DNA from: an uncultured Candidatus Saccharibacteria bacterium
GTDB lineage: Bacteria > Patescibacteriota > Minisyncoccia > Phycocordibacterales > DATDWN01
Length of the DNA stretch: 64,000 bases
Reading direction: 5' to 3'
Assembly (NCBI GenBank): GCA_964428435.1
Contig: CAYRYA010000004.1
Span: forward strand, 8,116 to 72,115
Shown here piece by piece: positions 36,600-46,402 of the stretch. A program made the translations under genes and the position numbers. A model generated the notes under the pieces. It had not been told where the DNA came from. It did not search any database and saw only the letters and a list, made by a program, of their open reading frames with translations. The stretch's first letter is position 1; each line of letters begins with the position of its first letter.

Positions 36600-36842
36600 A
36601 TGGCAAAAGCATGTCCAATAACTAAAAAGAGTTCTCAACTCCAGGGCGGATACTCAAACCGAACTCGTGCAACCAAGTTCAACCCAACTGGTATCGTACG
36701 AAAATACGCAAACCTTCAGAAAAAGAAGATTTATATTCCTGAACTCAAAAAGAGTATTACTATGGAGCTCTCTACTCGAGCAATCAAAACTATGCAGAAA
36801 AATGGAGTGTATGCTACTTTGAGAAAAGCTAAGTTAGTCTAA
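36600..36842 (+). CDS. rpmB: 50S ribosomal protein L28
   Basis: MAKACPITKKSSQLQGGYSNRTRATKFNPTGIVRKYANL... matches bL28 (C.ITGK...G..VS.S...T.R...PNL). Confidence 0.75.
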   Translation: MAKACPITKKSSQLQGGYSNRTRATKFNPTGIVRKYANLQKKKIYIPELKKSITMELSTRAIKTMQKNGVYATLRKAKLV

Positions 36843-36934
36843 GTTCTTTGGTCTTTTTCACTTATTTCATAAGCGACCTAAGCGAAAAATCCTCAAAGAT
36901 TCTTTACATAACTCTCATCTCATGCAAGAAAATA

Positions 36935-36968
36935 AAAACCTCCAGAGATGGAGGTTTTTATTTTCTTC
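36935..36968. terminator. bidirectional terminator
   Basis: AAAAACCTCCAGAGATGGAGGTTTTTATTTT between convergent genes. Confidence 0.65.
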
Positions 36969-37860
36969 TTTTAAACACTTTACCGTCCGACTCAAATACA
37001 ATAGTCCCCTCGTCCATCGTTACCAACGTCTCTACGTTGTTTTTATGAAGTGTATCGAGTGTGGCTTGTTTTGGATGCCCGTACGAATTATCTTTTCCTG
37101 CAGAAATAATTGCAACCTCTGGACTAACCGCTTTTACAAATTCATCTCCTGTTGATGTATCTGAGCCATGATGTGCAACTTTGAGTATGTCAGCGTCCAG
37201 ATATTCTTTATATTGGTTTACAATATATTGCTCTATATTTTTTGTAGTATCACCAGTGAGCATAATAGACGTATCTTTATACACCAGTCGTGCAACCAGT
37301 GAACCTTCATTATGCGAAACATCTTCCACATCTCTATCTGGAAAAATAATATCAATATAGGCACCGCCTCCAAGCAAAATCTTTTGTCCTGTGCGTGCAA
37401 CCAACACGGGAACCTCTTGTTCCATAAGAATACGTTTAAATTCTTGATATATTGGATTATTATCAGCTTTTACACCAGGTTCAAGCACAGCTTCAACATC
37501 ATACCGTGACAAAAGTGGTATAAAACCTTCGAAATGATCTCGATCAGGATTGGTTACAATAATCATATCGATACTTCTATCAATAAGAGGCATTTGCGCA
37601 GCAACCTTAGAAACAAGAGCACTACCTGGTCCACCATCAATCACAACCTGATTACCTGTTGGTGATTCAATGAAAATTGCATCACCTTGTCCCACATCAA
37701 GGAATGCGACTCGAAGTGGACGTTCATGTGTTTGAAAAACAAAAAATAATACTGCGATCACACACACAAACAGCGTAAAGAGTGTATATATTTTCCAGTA
37801 CGTATGGATATTTTCTTTAATCCAGTTTTTATTCATAGCTATGCTATAGTATAACAACAA
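36958..37860 (-). CDS. ComEC/Rec2-related MBL-fold (beta-lactamase-like) domain protein, membrane-anchored
   Basis: N-terminal TM then FLDVGQGDAIFIE...VTNPDRDH...KVAHHGS motifs typical of the ComEC C-terminal lactamase domain. Confidence 0.75.
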   Translation of the reverse strand: MLLYYSIAMNKNWIKENIHTYWKIYTLFTLFVCVIAVLFFVFQTHERPLRVAFLDVGQGDAIFIESPTGNQVVIDGGPGSALVSKVAAQMPLIDRSIDMIIVTNPDRDHFEGFIPLLSRYDVEAVLEPGVKADNNPIYQEFKRILMEQEVPVLVARTGQKILLGGGAYIDIIFPDRDVEDVSHNEGSLVARLVYKDTSIMLTGDTTKNIEQYIVNQYKEYLDADILKVAHHGSDTSTGDEFVKAVSPEVAIISAGKDNSYGHPKQATLDTLHKNNVETLVTMDEGTIVFESDGKVFKRRK

Positions 37861-37882
37861 TTAGACATCAATTAATACACAT

Positions 37883-38479
37883 ATGAAAACATTCGAGGAA
37901 ATGAAATTTAATATCGGCGAGCTTATTGGTATTTCTGCCGACTCAATCACCGAACACCTTAAACTGTATGCTGGGTATGTTAAACACGCCAACCTTATTA
38001 TTTCTAAAATTGAAGAAATGAGTAAAGATTCAGAAGCTCATGCGTATGCATTAGGTGAACTTCAACGACGTTTTGGGTTTGAATTCGATGGTATGAGAAA
38101 CCATGAATACTATTTCAAGTCGCTTGAAGGTGGTGCACACGCACCGTCACCAGAAAGTGCCCTTTATACTGCTATCACTGAAGAGTTTGGATCATTTGAT
38201 GCATGGCTTGCACGTTTCAAAGCAGTCGCACTCACTCGAGGTATTGGCTGGGCAATCCTCTACTATGATAAAACCACTGGACGCCTCTTGAACTCTTGGG
38301 TAGACGAACAACACTTGGGACACCTTACCGGACTTTCTCCTATTCTCACACTCGATGTATGGGAACATGCATTTGTACCAGACTACAAAGCATCTGGGAA
38401 GAAAACATACATCGAAGATTTCTTCAAAAACCTTAACTGGTCTGTAATCGAAGAAAACTTTTTACACGCAGTAAACTAG
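37883..38479 (+). CDS. Fe/Mn superoxide dismutase family protein
   Basis: 198 aa; C-terminal DVWEHAF(V) motif and WAILYYDK region characteristic of Fe/Mn-SOD. Confidence 0.75.
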   Translation: MKTFEEMKFNIGELIGISADSITEHLKLYAGYVKHANLIISKIEEMSKDSEAHAYALGELQRRFGFEFDGMRNHEYYFKSLEGGAHAPSPESALYTAITEEFGSFDAWLARFKAVALTRGIGWAILYYDKTTGRLLNSWVDEQHLGHLTGLSPILTLDVWEHAFVPDYKASGKKTYIEDFFKNLNWSVIEENFLHAVN

Positions 38480-38520
38480 TTGACTCATGGTGTATTTATA
38501 GATAGTCTGTATTACAGACT

Positions 38521-38769
38521 ATGCGAGACTTTCGTTTTTACCTCTCACCAGGTGAAATTATTGATCTTATACTTGGAGGATCTGTAAATGTTGCATCACC
38601 TGGTCCTGTAGTAGTTGACCCATATTCAACAATTCTCGATGATGCGGTTTCCGCAATGAAGAATATGTGTTGCATCAACGATACCCCTTCCCCAAAACCA
38701 AAACAGCGATATACATCCCGGCGACGAGCATTACGCGAAAGTCGCGGGAGGGTCTATCGAAAACTCTGA
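38521..38769 (+). CDS. hypothetical small protein
   Basis: 82 aa ORF, basic C-terminus; no motif recognised. Confidence 0.3.
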   Translation: MRDFRFYLSPGEIIDLILGGSVNVASPGPVVVDPYSTILDDAVSAMKNMCCINDTPSPKPKQRYTSRRRALRESRGRVYRKL

Positions 38770-38838
38770 CATACGATGTGTTGGAGTTTTTTCTTGCGAG
38801 TTTAAGACGGTGTGATAGTGTACTAATAGGAGACAGTT

Positions 38839-39069
38839 ATGACAAACTTGGTAGGAGACTTAGTCGTGGAGGAACTAGCACGACTAACTGAAGAAGATAG
38901 ACTTGTCCTTATCGGGTATCTCGTCAATACCTGTTCAGCAAGAAAACGCAAAAACTTAACTTTCCAACTCATCCAACTTGGTCTGAACGCAGATTTTGTA
39001 TCCGGACTACTACAAGAAAGCAACAAAGCATTCAAAAAACGGAGACATGAAAGTTCCATCAAAAGCTAA
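38839..39069 (+). CDS. hypothetical small protein
   Basis: 76 aa; AGGAGACA RBS upstream of ATG. Confidence 0.35.
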   Translation: MTNLVGDLVVEELARLTEEDRLVLIGYLVNTCSARKRKNLTFQLIQLGLNADFVSGLLQESNKAFKKRRHESSIKS

Positions 39070-40573
39070 CAACCGAATCATCCCCCGAGTGCGACTCTGT
39101 TGCACTCGGGTTTTGTTTTGTATGAAAACGGCACAAGAAGAAAGCAAAAACCACATAACAACTCATCAAACAAAACACAGGGATATACGGTATATGAATA
39201 GTTCCAAATGGAAGCTTTGAAACAATCTCTGCAATAAACAAATCCCACGAAAGAAAAAGATAAGTTGGAATTCCTGGAAGCAGTCCTATAAAACGAGAAA
39301 CAAATCCCAAAAGTGCAGTCAAAAATCCAAGAAGCATCGTGAGTGGTACAAACGGCAATACAATAAAGTTTGCGGGAAACGCATACACAGAAAAATTACC
39401 TGACATATATATGATATATGGCAATACAGAAATCTGTGCACCAAGTGTTGTTGCAGATAATTCCCTTAAACCAAATCGCTCTGTTATATACGAGAGGTGT
39501 GTTCCAACAATCGGCGCAACATACATCACACCAACAGTTGCCAACACAGACAAATGAAATGATGGATCATAAAAGAGTACAAACGGATTCCACATAACCA
39601 TTCCCCACACTGCAAGTAGTAATGCACGTGACGCATCATACGTCTTATGAAATTGTTTTCCTAACAATGCAATACTTGCCATGATACCTGCTCGTACAGC
39701 AGACGCCCCACTACCAGCCATTAAAATAAAAAATAAGATACCTAACAGTGATGAACCGAATGCAAACCGATTGGAAATAAATTTTGTAATTACCAATATA
39801 CTTTCTGCAACAACGGTAATATTGTATCCAGACAACACTACAATATGTGAAAGCCCTGCAACACGAAACTGTTCTTTAACTTGTTTTGGAACTGCATCAA
39901 CCCCCAACAGAATACCCCCCAATAACCCTGCATGTGGTTCTGGTATAACACTTCGTATGGAATGCAAAAAATGTTTTTTTATACTCAATATGTACCGCAA
40001 TAGATGATTACCTTCATGTCTGTGTACAGAGACTGATGCAAATGAAAGTGTATGCGTAATAGAATCTTTAAACAAATACATTTGATAATCAAATACTCTC
40101 CCATCATCTGCCTCAATACGCCCCGGTACACGAAGTGTCCCTGTGGCTACCACATAATCACCGTATGAAAATTCTGGAAATGCATGCGTATCGATGCGTA
40201 TATATGTATCTACTTTTTTTGTGGTTGTTCCAAATGATACACGCTCACTCCGTATATCTATACGCTGTTTTTCACCATCTGACACAGGTTCACGAACAAC
40301 AACACCTTGTACAGTAATCTTTTTTGACTCTAGTGTACGTAAGTCTTGTATATCAGGATACGACACACCCATAACCCGAAGTTGACCACACAAGATTCCA
40401 ATAAAAAATATAAGCAGTACACGAGCACCTTTTTGTATATCAGTATTATGCACGTATTGTTGATATACAAAACAAAAACATATAAAAATCACACTGACGA
40501 TACAGAGTGCATACGAAACACTTATAAATGAAACTCCTACTCCACACAAACTTGCGATAAAAAACAGTAACAT
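39059..40573 (-). CDS. comEC: ComEC/Rec2 DNA-uptake channel domain protein (without lactamase domain)
   Basis: 504 aa polytopic membrane protein; VAGLSHIVVLSGYNITVV competence-domain motif and N-terminal OB-like (DUF4131-like) region. Confidence 0.75.
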   Translation of the reverse strand: MLLFFIASLCGVGVSFISVSYALCIVSVIFICFCFVYQQYVHNTDIQKGARVLLIFFIGILCGQLRVMGVSYPDIQDLRTLESKKITVQGVVVREPVSDGEKQRIDIRSERVSFGTTTKKVDTYIRIDTHAFPEFSYGDYVVATGTLRVPGRIEADDGRVFDYQMYLFKDSITHTLSFASVSVHRHEGNHLLRYILSIKKHFLHSIRSVIPEPHAGLLGGILLGVDAVPKQVKEQFRVAGLSHIVVLSGYNITVVAESILVITKFISNRFAFGSSLLGILFFILMAGSGASAVRAGIMASIALLGKQFHKTYDASRALLLAVWGMVMWNPFVLFYDPSFHLSVLATVGVMYVAPIVGTHLSYITERFGLRELSATTLGAQISVLPYIIYMSGNFSVYAFPANFIVLPFVPLTMLLGFLTALLGFVSRFIGLLPGIPTYLFLSWDLFIAEIVSKLPFGTIHIPYIPVFCLMSCYVVFAFFLCRFHTKQNPSATESHSGDDSVVSF

Positions 40574-40576
40574 AGG

Positions 40577-41269
40577 TTACTGTTTTTTAAACTCACTGAT
40601 AATATGCATCTCATCTTCTGCATTCTGAGATTTTTTAAACAATGCTCCTGATACACCATGCACTCGTGCTTTACACTCATCCCACGTTCTGTGTACCATC
40701 ACCACTCCATCCACACAACTGATATATGAATACGCAGGGTATGAATTTTTTGACACACTCTTTTTCTTTTCTGTACCAACTGAGTTTTCAATTTGTTCGA
40801 CATCAACACCATACTGATCAAGACTTCCCACAAAAAGCTCGACGGGATTGTTATCTGCGTAAGAAGTAGCGATCACATCACATCGTTCATTTGCGGGCAC
40901 ACCTGCATGACCTGAAACTTTTCGAAACAACACCTCACGAGAAGTGATCACCTCATCGAGCGCTTCCCAAAGATCTCTATTGAGCACATCATCTTTTGTT
41001 TTTGTTTTCCAATTATTTCTCTTCCATCCTTCGATCCATTGTGTAATACCAGAGATGAGATAACTTGAGTCGGTGTGCACGATTACCTCATCAGCTTTTG
41101 TATACATGAGCGCTTCAAGTACAGCAGTGAGCTCCATTCGATTATTGGTCGTATTCCCTTCACGACCACCGAGCTCGGTTACACGATCACCTTCCACAAC
41201 AACTGCACCCCAACCTCCTGGCCCCGGATTTCCTCGCGACGATCCATCAGTAAATATAATTGATTTCAT
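40577..41269 (-). CDS. rnhA: ribonuclease HI with C-terminal hybrid-binding (HBD/caulimovirus VI-like) domain
   Basis: MKSIIFTDGSSRGNPGPGGWGAVV...TNNRMELTAVLEAL...HTDSSY...HAGVPANERCD RNase H core; C-terminal YSYISCVDGVVMVHRTWDECKARVHGVSGALFKKSQNAEDEM fits the HBD pattern. Confidence 0.8.
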   Translation of the reverse strand: MKSIIFTDGSSRGNPGPGGWGAVVVEGDRVTELGGREGNTTNNRMELTAVLEALMYTKADEVIVHTDSSYLISGITQWIEGWKRNNWKTKTKDDVLNRDLWEALDEVITSREVLFRKVSGHAGVPANERCDVIATSYADNNPVELFVGSLDQYGVDVEQIENSVGTEKKKSVSKNSYPAYSYISCVDGVVMVHRTWDECKARVHGVSGALFKKSQNAEDEMHIISEFKKQ

Positions 41270-41344
41270 ACAGATAGTGTAAACTGTAAATACCAAAATT
41301 CAAAATACATAAACATTGCAATCTTTGATTATTAATTTTTGAAT

Positions 41345-43087
41345 TTATAGCACATCCACAATCCTCAACCGTAACTCCGGAAAATTGCGAAACATTGATT
41401 TTTCTATATGCGCTACGAGATTAATTTTTTGTCCTGATTCTAGTGTAACCTTGTATTTACTTGGATCAGAGAAGAATCCGATAGCTTGCACACTCCTTCC
41501 ATTCTTCTTGTGAAACGTAAGCTCAAGATGATTCTTTTCTTTTCCAAATTGTTTCAAACTGCTGATTACCACATCAGAAATAAGAAAAAGTGGCTTTGGG
41601 TTATCGGTGCCAAAAGGCGCGAGCTTTTCTACATGACTATACAAGCTCCACTCAACATCATCGATGGAAATTTCCTTATCAAGCACGCACGCTTCAGGCT
41701 CAGTCAACTCATTACGAAGCTCCTTAAATGCATCATTTAATTTTTTCTCTAAATCATGCACCATAGACATAGACACCGAAAACCCACCCGCACCTGCATG
41801 TCCACCAAAATCAAGAAATGCATCTTTTGCATGTTCCATAAGTGTCATGATATTTGTATCCCCACCAGCCCGACATGAACCTTTAAGGATCACATGACCA
41901 TCTTCGTCTTTCATTTCTTCTCCTGATCTTCCCCAAAGAAACACAGGGCGATTATGTTCGTCTCCAAATGAGTTTGCGACCAGTCCAAGAAGTGAGGGTT
42001 TCCATTTTGGGTTTCCTAATACAATCACATCACCGAGCACATCTTCTCGCTCAGAAATTAGTTTTTTAATTTCTTTCACCATACTTGCAACCACTCCCTT
42101 ACGTTCATCATTGATTACGTTTAAATGTTCTGCCATCACACTTGCTTGTACCGGATCAGTTTCCCCAAGCATTAGAAATGCATCACGAGGCACACCCATC
42201 CGAGACGCAGCATTGATACGAGGAGTAATCATGAAGCCAATATCCTCTTCAGTAAGATGCGTTTGATTTATTTTTAATATCTGACAAAGTTTTTGAAGTC
42301 CTGGTCGTGGAGATTTTCGCAACACAACCAATCCATATGATGCGAGTACGCGGTTTTCTCCACGGAGTGGAACCATATCAGATAACGTTGCGAGTCCCAC
42401 CATATCCAAAAGCCATTTCTCCCACCCTTCTGTGACAGAATATTTCTTTTTGAATTCGTCGTGTTGCAACAGCGCACATACAACTTTCCATATTACTCCA
42501 GACCCGCACAGCATTTTTTCTGGATATTCACAACCAGGTTGTTTTGGATTAATAATCGCAAAAGCTTCTGGTAGCACTTCATGCGGAAGATGATGATCTG
42601 TAACGATCACATCGAGTCCAAGTGAATGCGCATACTCAACTTCAGCAACATCTGCAATCCCACAATCAATCGTGATCATGAGTGTCACTCCATTTTTCTT
42701 AAAAAGATCTGTTGCATCGTGACTCATCCCATACCCTTCATCATTTCGATGTGGAATATATACCTCATAATTTTCGTACGAAATTTTTTTAAAGAAATCA
42801 GATATCACCACTGCACCAGGTATACCATCTGCATCATAATCAGAAAAGATTCCGATACGCTCCCCCACTTCAAGTGCGTTTAAAATTCTCTCCACTGCTT
42901 TTGTCATATCTTTCAAAAGATATGGATCATGAATATCACGAGCGAAATCCGGTGCGATAAAAAGCTCTGCATCAGATTGTTCAATGATTCCTCGCGCAAA
43001 CAAAAGTTCTTGGAGAATTGGATGGTGAGTTTTTAGACTTTCTCTTACTATATCTGTTGGTTGCTCCCGGACAACATATTTTTTCAT
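41345..43087 (-). CDS. recJ: single-stranded-DNA-specific exonuclease RecJ
   Basis: 580 aa; DHH motifs (DYDADG, TDHH) and DHHA1 GGHAGAGG region. Confidence 0.85.
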   Translation of the reverse strand: MKKYVVREQPTDIVRESLKTHHPILQELLFARGIIEQSDAELFIAPDFARDIHDPYLLKDMTKAVERILNALEVGERIGIFSDYDADGIPGAVVISDFFKKISYENYEVYIPHRNDEGYGMSHDATDLFKKNGVTLMITIDCGIADVAEVEYAHSLGLDVIVTDHHLPHEVLPEAFAIINPKQPGCEYPEKMLCGSGVIWKVVCALLQHDEFKKKYSVTEGWEKWLLDMVGLATLSDMVPLRGENRVLASYGLVVLRKSPRPGLQKLCQILKINQTHLTEEDIGFMITPRINAASRMGVPRDAFLMLGETDPVQASVMAEHLNVINDERKGVVASMVKEIKKLISEREDVLGDVIVLGNPKWKPSLLGLVANSFGDEHNRPVFLWGRSGEEMKDEDGHVILKGSCRAGGDTNIMTLMEHAKDAFLDFGGHAGAGGFSVSMSMVHDLEKKLNDAFKELRNELTEPEACVLDKEISIDDVEWSLYSHVEKLAPFGTDNPKPLFLISDVVISSLKQFGKEKNHLELTFHKKNGRSVQAIGFFSDPSKYKVTLESGQKINLVAHIEKSMFRNFPELRLRIVDVL

Positions 43088-43155
43088 GAGGTAATTGTAA
43101 CATGCTCAAAAAAACCAACTGATTGACAGATGCACTAGAAAACGTAAAGTAGGAG

Positions 43156-43494
43156 GTGGAGAAAAATATGCCCAATACTCATCAGTTTAAACTAATGAAT
43201 CATGATTTTAACCTGATTAAGAAAGGACGAAAGTCTATTGAAGTCAGGGTGGCGGATGAAAAAAGAAAAAAGGTTAAGAAAGGAGACCTCATCATCTTTA
43301 ACCGCAAAACCACCAAAAAAGTAGTAAGGGTTTGTGGTTACCTCTCATTTGAAGAAATGCTCGAACATGAGGATCCTGAAAAAATTATGCCTAAGTGGAA
43401 CAAGGAGCGCATTATCAACAGGTTGCGCGAAATATACAACGAGACCCAAGAAAACCAGGGCGTCCTCGTCTTCGAATTGCAGGTCGATCCATGA
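43156..43494 (+). CDS. ASCH domain (PUA-like) protein
   Basis: 112 aa; [13 protein letters not shown]...KKGDLIIF... pattern of the ASCH fold. Confidence 0.6.
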   Translation: MEKNMPNTHQFKLMNHDFNLIKKGRKSIEVRVADEKRKKVKKGDLIIFNRKTTKKVVRVCGYLSFEEMLEHEDPEKIMPKWNKERIINRLREIYNETQENQGVLVFELQVDP

Positions 43495-43535
43495 TCGACC
43501 TGTTTTACTACACAAAAGTTCGATATACTACATAT

Positions 43536-43898
43536 ATGAATGACTGTATATTTTGCAAAATTATAAACGGAGAGATTCCTTCGTATAAAGTATACGAGGA
43601 TGACAATTTTTTCGCCTTTTTGGATATTCACCCTCAGTCCCCGGGGCATGTACAGGTGATACCAAAAAAGCATCATCGGTGGGTGTGGCAGGTACCAAAT
43701 GTCGGCGAATACTTTGAAGTTGTGCGGAAAATCGCCCTCGCTCAACAAAGAGCATTTGACACCGAATGGATACTTTCAAAAATTGTTGGTGACGAAGTAG
43801 AACATGCCCACATCTGGGTATTTCCAAACAAAGAAGTTTCTGGGAATCCAAAGGATTTTGAAGGAAATTTAAAAAAAGTTAAAGAAAATATACTTTAG
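43536..43898 (+). CDS. HIT family (histidine triad) hydrolase
   Basis: [43 protein letters not shown] and histidine triad [10 protein letters not shown]; start at MNDCIFCKI. Confidence 0.8.
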   Translation: MNDCIFCKIINGEIPSYKVYEDDNFFAFLDIHPQSPGHVQVIPKKHHRWVWQVPNVGEYFEVVRKIALAQQRAFDTEWILSKIVGDEVEHAHIWVFPNKEVSGNPKDFEGNLKKVKENIL

Positions 43899-43940
43899 TC
43901 TATAAAGTCCTTAAAGTCGAAAGTCCATCAAGTCAAATAC
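43899..43940. repeat. 9-bp-periodic AAGTC array
   Basis: ctataaagtccttaaagtcgaaagtccatcaagtcaaatac. Confidence 0.55.
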
Positions 43941-43944
43941 AAAT

Positions 43945-44292
43945 TTATTCAAGGGATTTAATGAGACCTGACAATATTCTTAATATCTCCACTGATTCTT
44001 TATAGAGAGGTTCGAAGTTATTTTTAGAGATATATTTTAATTCAAAAGCAAGATCAAGCATTGACCTCACCTCACCCACTGAACCTTTAGTTATAAACAG
44101 AAACTTCTTAAACTCCTTATCTCCTCTTCTCTCGTATCCTTCTGCAATATTATTCATTACTGAAACAGATGCTCTTTGAATTTGATCTTTAAATCCATAA
44201 TCCTTTAGAAGTCTGAAGCTTGTGTAGACGCCTATACTCAGAGCTTTTGCCTTCTGCCATCCTATAATATCTTCGAACTTTTCAATCTTCAT
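43945..44292 (-). CDS. four-helix-bundle protein (23S rRNA intervening-sequence protein family)
   Basis: 115 aa; ...NNIAEGYERRGDKEFKKFLFITKGSVGEVRSMLDLA... matches the four-helix-bundle family. Confidence 0.65.
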   Translation of the reverse strand: MKIEKFEDIIGWQKAKALSIGVYTSFRLLKDYGFKDQIQRASVSVMNNIAEGYERRGDKEFKKFLFITKGSVGEVRSMLDLAFELKYISKNNFEPLYKESVEILRILSGLIKSLE

Positions 44293-44301
44293 ATTTTTGA
44301 A

Positions 44302-44346
44302 TTGACTTGATGGACTTTACAGACTTGATGGACTTTTGACTTTGAC
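44302..44346. repeat. 9-bp-periodic GACTT array (inverted relative to 43899-43940)
   Basis: ttgacttgatggactttacagacttgatggacttttgactttgac; read-through gives pgk an artificial C-terminal tail. Confidence 0.55.
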
Positions 44347-45465
44347 AGCCTCAATCCCCGGCAATGTCTCGTTCACTAAAAAGTCGAGCATTGCTCCTCC
44401 TGCAGTCGAGACAAAAGTAAACTTGTTCATGAGTCCGAGCTTTTCGATAGACGCCAATGTATCTCCTCCTCCTACAATACTTGTTGCTTTAGAATCTGCG
44501 ATAATCTGTGCGAGCTGTTCCGTTTTATCAAAAAATCCTGCCTCATAGTTACCCAGTGGACCATTCCATACAATCAAAGACGACTTCTTCACCAACTCTT
44601 CAATATGAGCAATTGTTTCTGGTCCCACATCACCAATGTACTCATCGGCTTCTACCTGGTTTGCTTTTTTTAAAGAAAGTGCGCCGTTTGTTTTTTTAAC
44701 CGTCACATCTGTAGGGGCAACAAATTTAGGGTTTTCAAGCATATGATTAATTCCAAACTCACCTTCTGATACCAACGAGGTTCCTATTTCAAATCCCTGT
44801 GTCTTATACACATTGTTTGCAAGTGCACCAGCAACAACTACATGATCTGCTTTATCCAAATACTTTTGAATCAATGGTAACTTTGTATCAAACTTTGCTC
44901 CACCTAAGATAAAAAGAAATGGATGTGTTGGTGTAAATGCTTTTGAAAGATTCTCAACTTCATGAACAAATAAAGGTCCAAGATATGAGGGAAGTAAGGC
45001 AGGAATACCCACAACAGATGCGTGTTTACGATGAGACACAGAGAATGCATCGTTTACATATATATCACCATAATGAGCAAGCTTCTTTGCAAACTCTGGA
45101 TCATTTGCTTTTTCTCCATCATCTGACCGAAGGTTTTCAAGCATTACCACATCACCCTCTTCCATGTCAGCAATCATTTTTATAGTCTCAGCAGAAAAGA
45201 GTTTTTGTGCAAACTGTACTTTCACAAAACCATTTAAATAATCAAACATCGGATGAAGACTTGTATTTCCTTTTGCTTCTGTATGGGCGAGGATAATAAT
45301 TTTTGCTTTTTTAAGACGAAGTAAATCTATAGTAGGAATCGCCTGATCAATACGATATGGATCAGCAACCTTTCCATCAACGATTGGTGTATTTAAATCC
45401 AAACGAAGCAATACATGCTTTCCTGCAATATCCCCTGCATTTTCAATAGTAGGTAAGTGTTTCAT
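44317..45465 (-). CDS. pgk: phosphoglycerate kinase
   Basis: PGK N- and C-domain motifs (RLDLNTPI, GGGDT...); start at MKHLPTIENAGD; last ~10 codons derive from the GACTT repeat. Confidence 0.9.
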   Translation of the reverse strand: MKHLPTIENAGDIAGKHVLLRLDLNTPIVDGKVADPYRIDQAIPTIDLLRLKKAKIIILAHTEAKGNTSLHPMFDYLNGFVKVQFAQKLFSAETIKMIADMEEGDVVMLENLRSDDGEKANDPEFAKKLAHYGDIYVNDAFSVSHRKHASVVGIPALLPSYLGPLFVHEVENLSKAFTPTHPFLFILGGAKFDTKLPLIQKYLDKADHVVVAGALANNVYKTQGFEIGTSLVSEGEFGINHMLENPKFVAPTDVTVKKTNGALSLKKANQVEADEYIGDVGPETIAHIEELVKKSSLIVWNGPLGNYEAGFFDKTEQLAQIIADSKATSIVGGGDTLASIEKLGLMNKFTFVSTAGGAMLDFLVNETLPGIEAVKVKSPSSL

Positions 45466-45555
45466 ATCAATGTAAAATGTAAATATCAAAAATCAAAATA
45501 ATGGGATGCTAACTTTTTAATTTGCCCCTCATTTTCCATTTTGATTTTTAAATTT

Positions 45556-46320
45556 TTATTTTATTAAGTCCACATTAGTGATAATCCCTACAAAATTTTC
45601 TACCTTAAGAGATTCTCGTCCCACTAACAAACCATCAACAAAACCCCTTTCTACAATTTCTCGTGCATTATCGGCTGTTACTGCACCACCATAGAGCACT
45701 CTTGGTAATGGAGCCATTGTGCCATACATTTCCTTAATACATTTTTGAATATATAACGACATTTCATGTACCTGATGTGAACTCATCGCTTCTTTAGCAC
45801 CAATAGCCCATACAGGTTCGTATGCGATCACTACATCAGAAATAACAGCTTTTGACACTCCAGCAAGACCAGATGCGAGCTGACTTTTAATCAACCCAAG
45901 ATACTCACCATGTTCATCTCGAGCTGACTCACCAATACAAAGCACAGGAATGAGTTTATTTTCAAGCGCCCGACTTACTCTTTTAGATACAGATGTATCA
46001 CTTTCCCCACGAACTCGTCTTTCAGAATGCCCGATAATAACATAGGTGACTTTAAACTGCGGAAGGTGTTGTGCCGAAACTTCACCTGTATATGAGCCAG
46101 ATGTTTCTTCATATATATTTTGCACACCCAGAGCAACCTTTTTCGAAACCAAACCTTTCAAATCAGAAACATATACAAAAGGTGGACAAACAACAACATC
46201 AGTATTTTTAGCTTTTAAACTACCTTTTTTAATACCCTCAACTAACTTTTTAGCTTCTGTAAGCTTAAAAATATTCATTTTCCAATTACCGATAACAAGT
46301 TTTTTCTTTTTTAGTGCCAT
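45556..46320 (-). CDS. tpiA: triosephosphate isomerase
   Basis: LVIGNWKMN, GHSERR, IAYEPVWAIG motifs; start at MALKKKKLVIGNWKMN. Confidence 0.9.
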   Translation of the reverse strand: MALKKKKLVIGNWKMNIFKLTEAKKLVEGIKKGSLKAKNTDVVVCPPFVYVSDLKGLVSKKVALGVQNIYEETSGSYTGEVSAQHLPQFKVTYVIIGHSERRVRGESDTSVSKRVSRALENKLIPVLCIGESARDEHGEYLGLIKSQLASGLAGVSKAVISDVVIAYEPVWAIGAKEAMSSHQVHEMSLYIQKCIKEMYGTMAPLPRVLYGGAVTADNAREIVERGFVDGLLVGRESLKVENFVGIITNVDLIK

Positions 46321-46348
46321 GCAAATATAGTAACATAAAGCCACCCGA

Positions 46349-46402
46349 CCAGATAATCAAAAAAACACTTGTATATACAAGTGTTTTTTTGATTATCTGG
46401 TC
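46349..46402. terminator. long perfect palindrome/terminator
   Basis: ACCAGATAATCAAAAAAACACTTGTATATACAAGTGTTTTTTTGATTATCTGGT. Confidence 0.6.
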
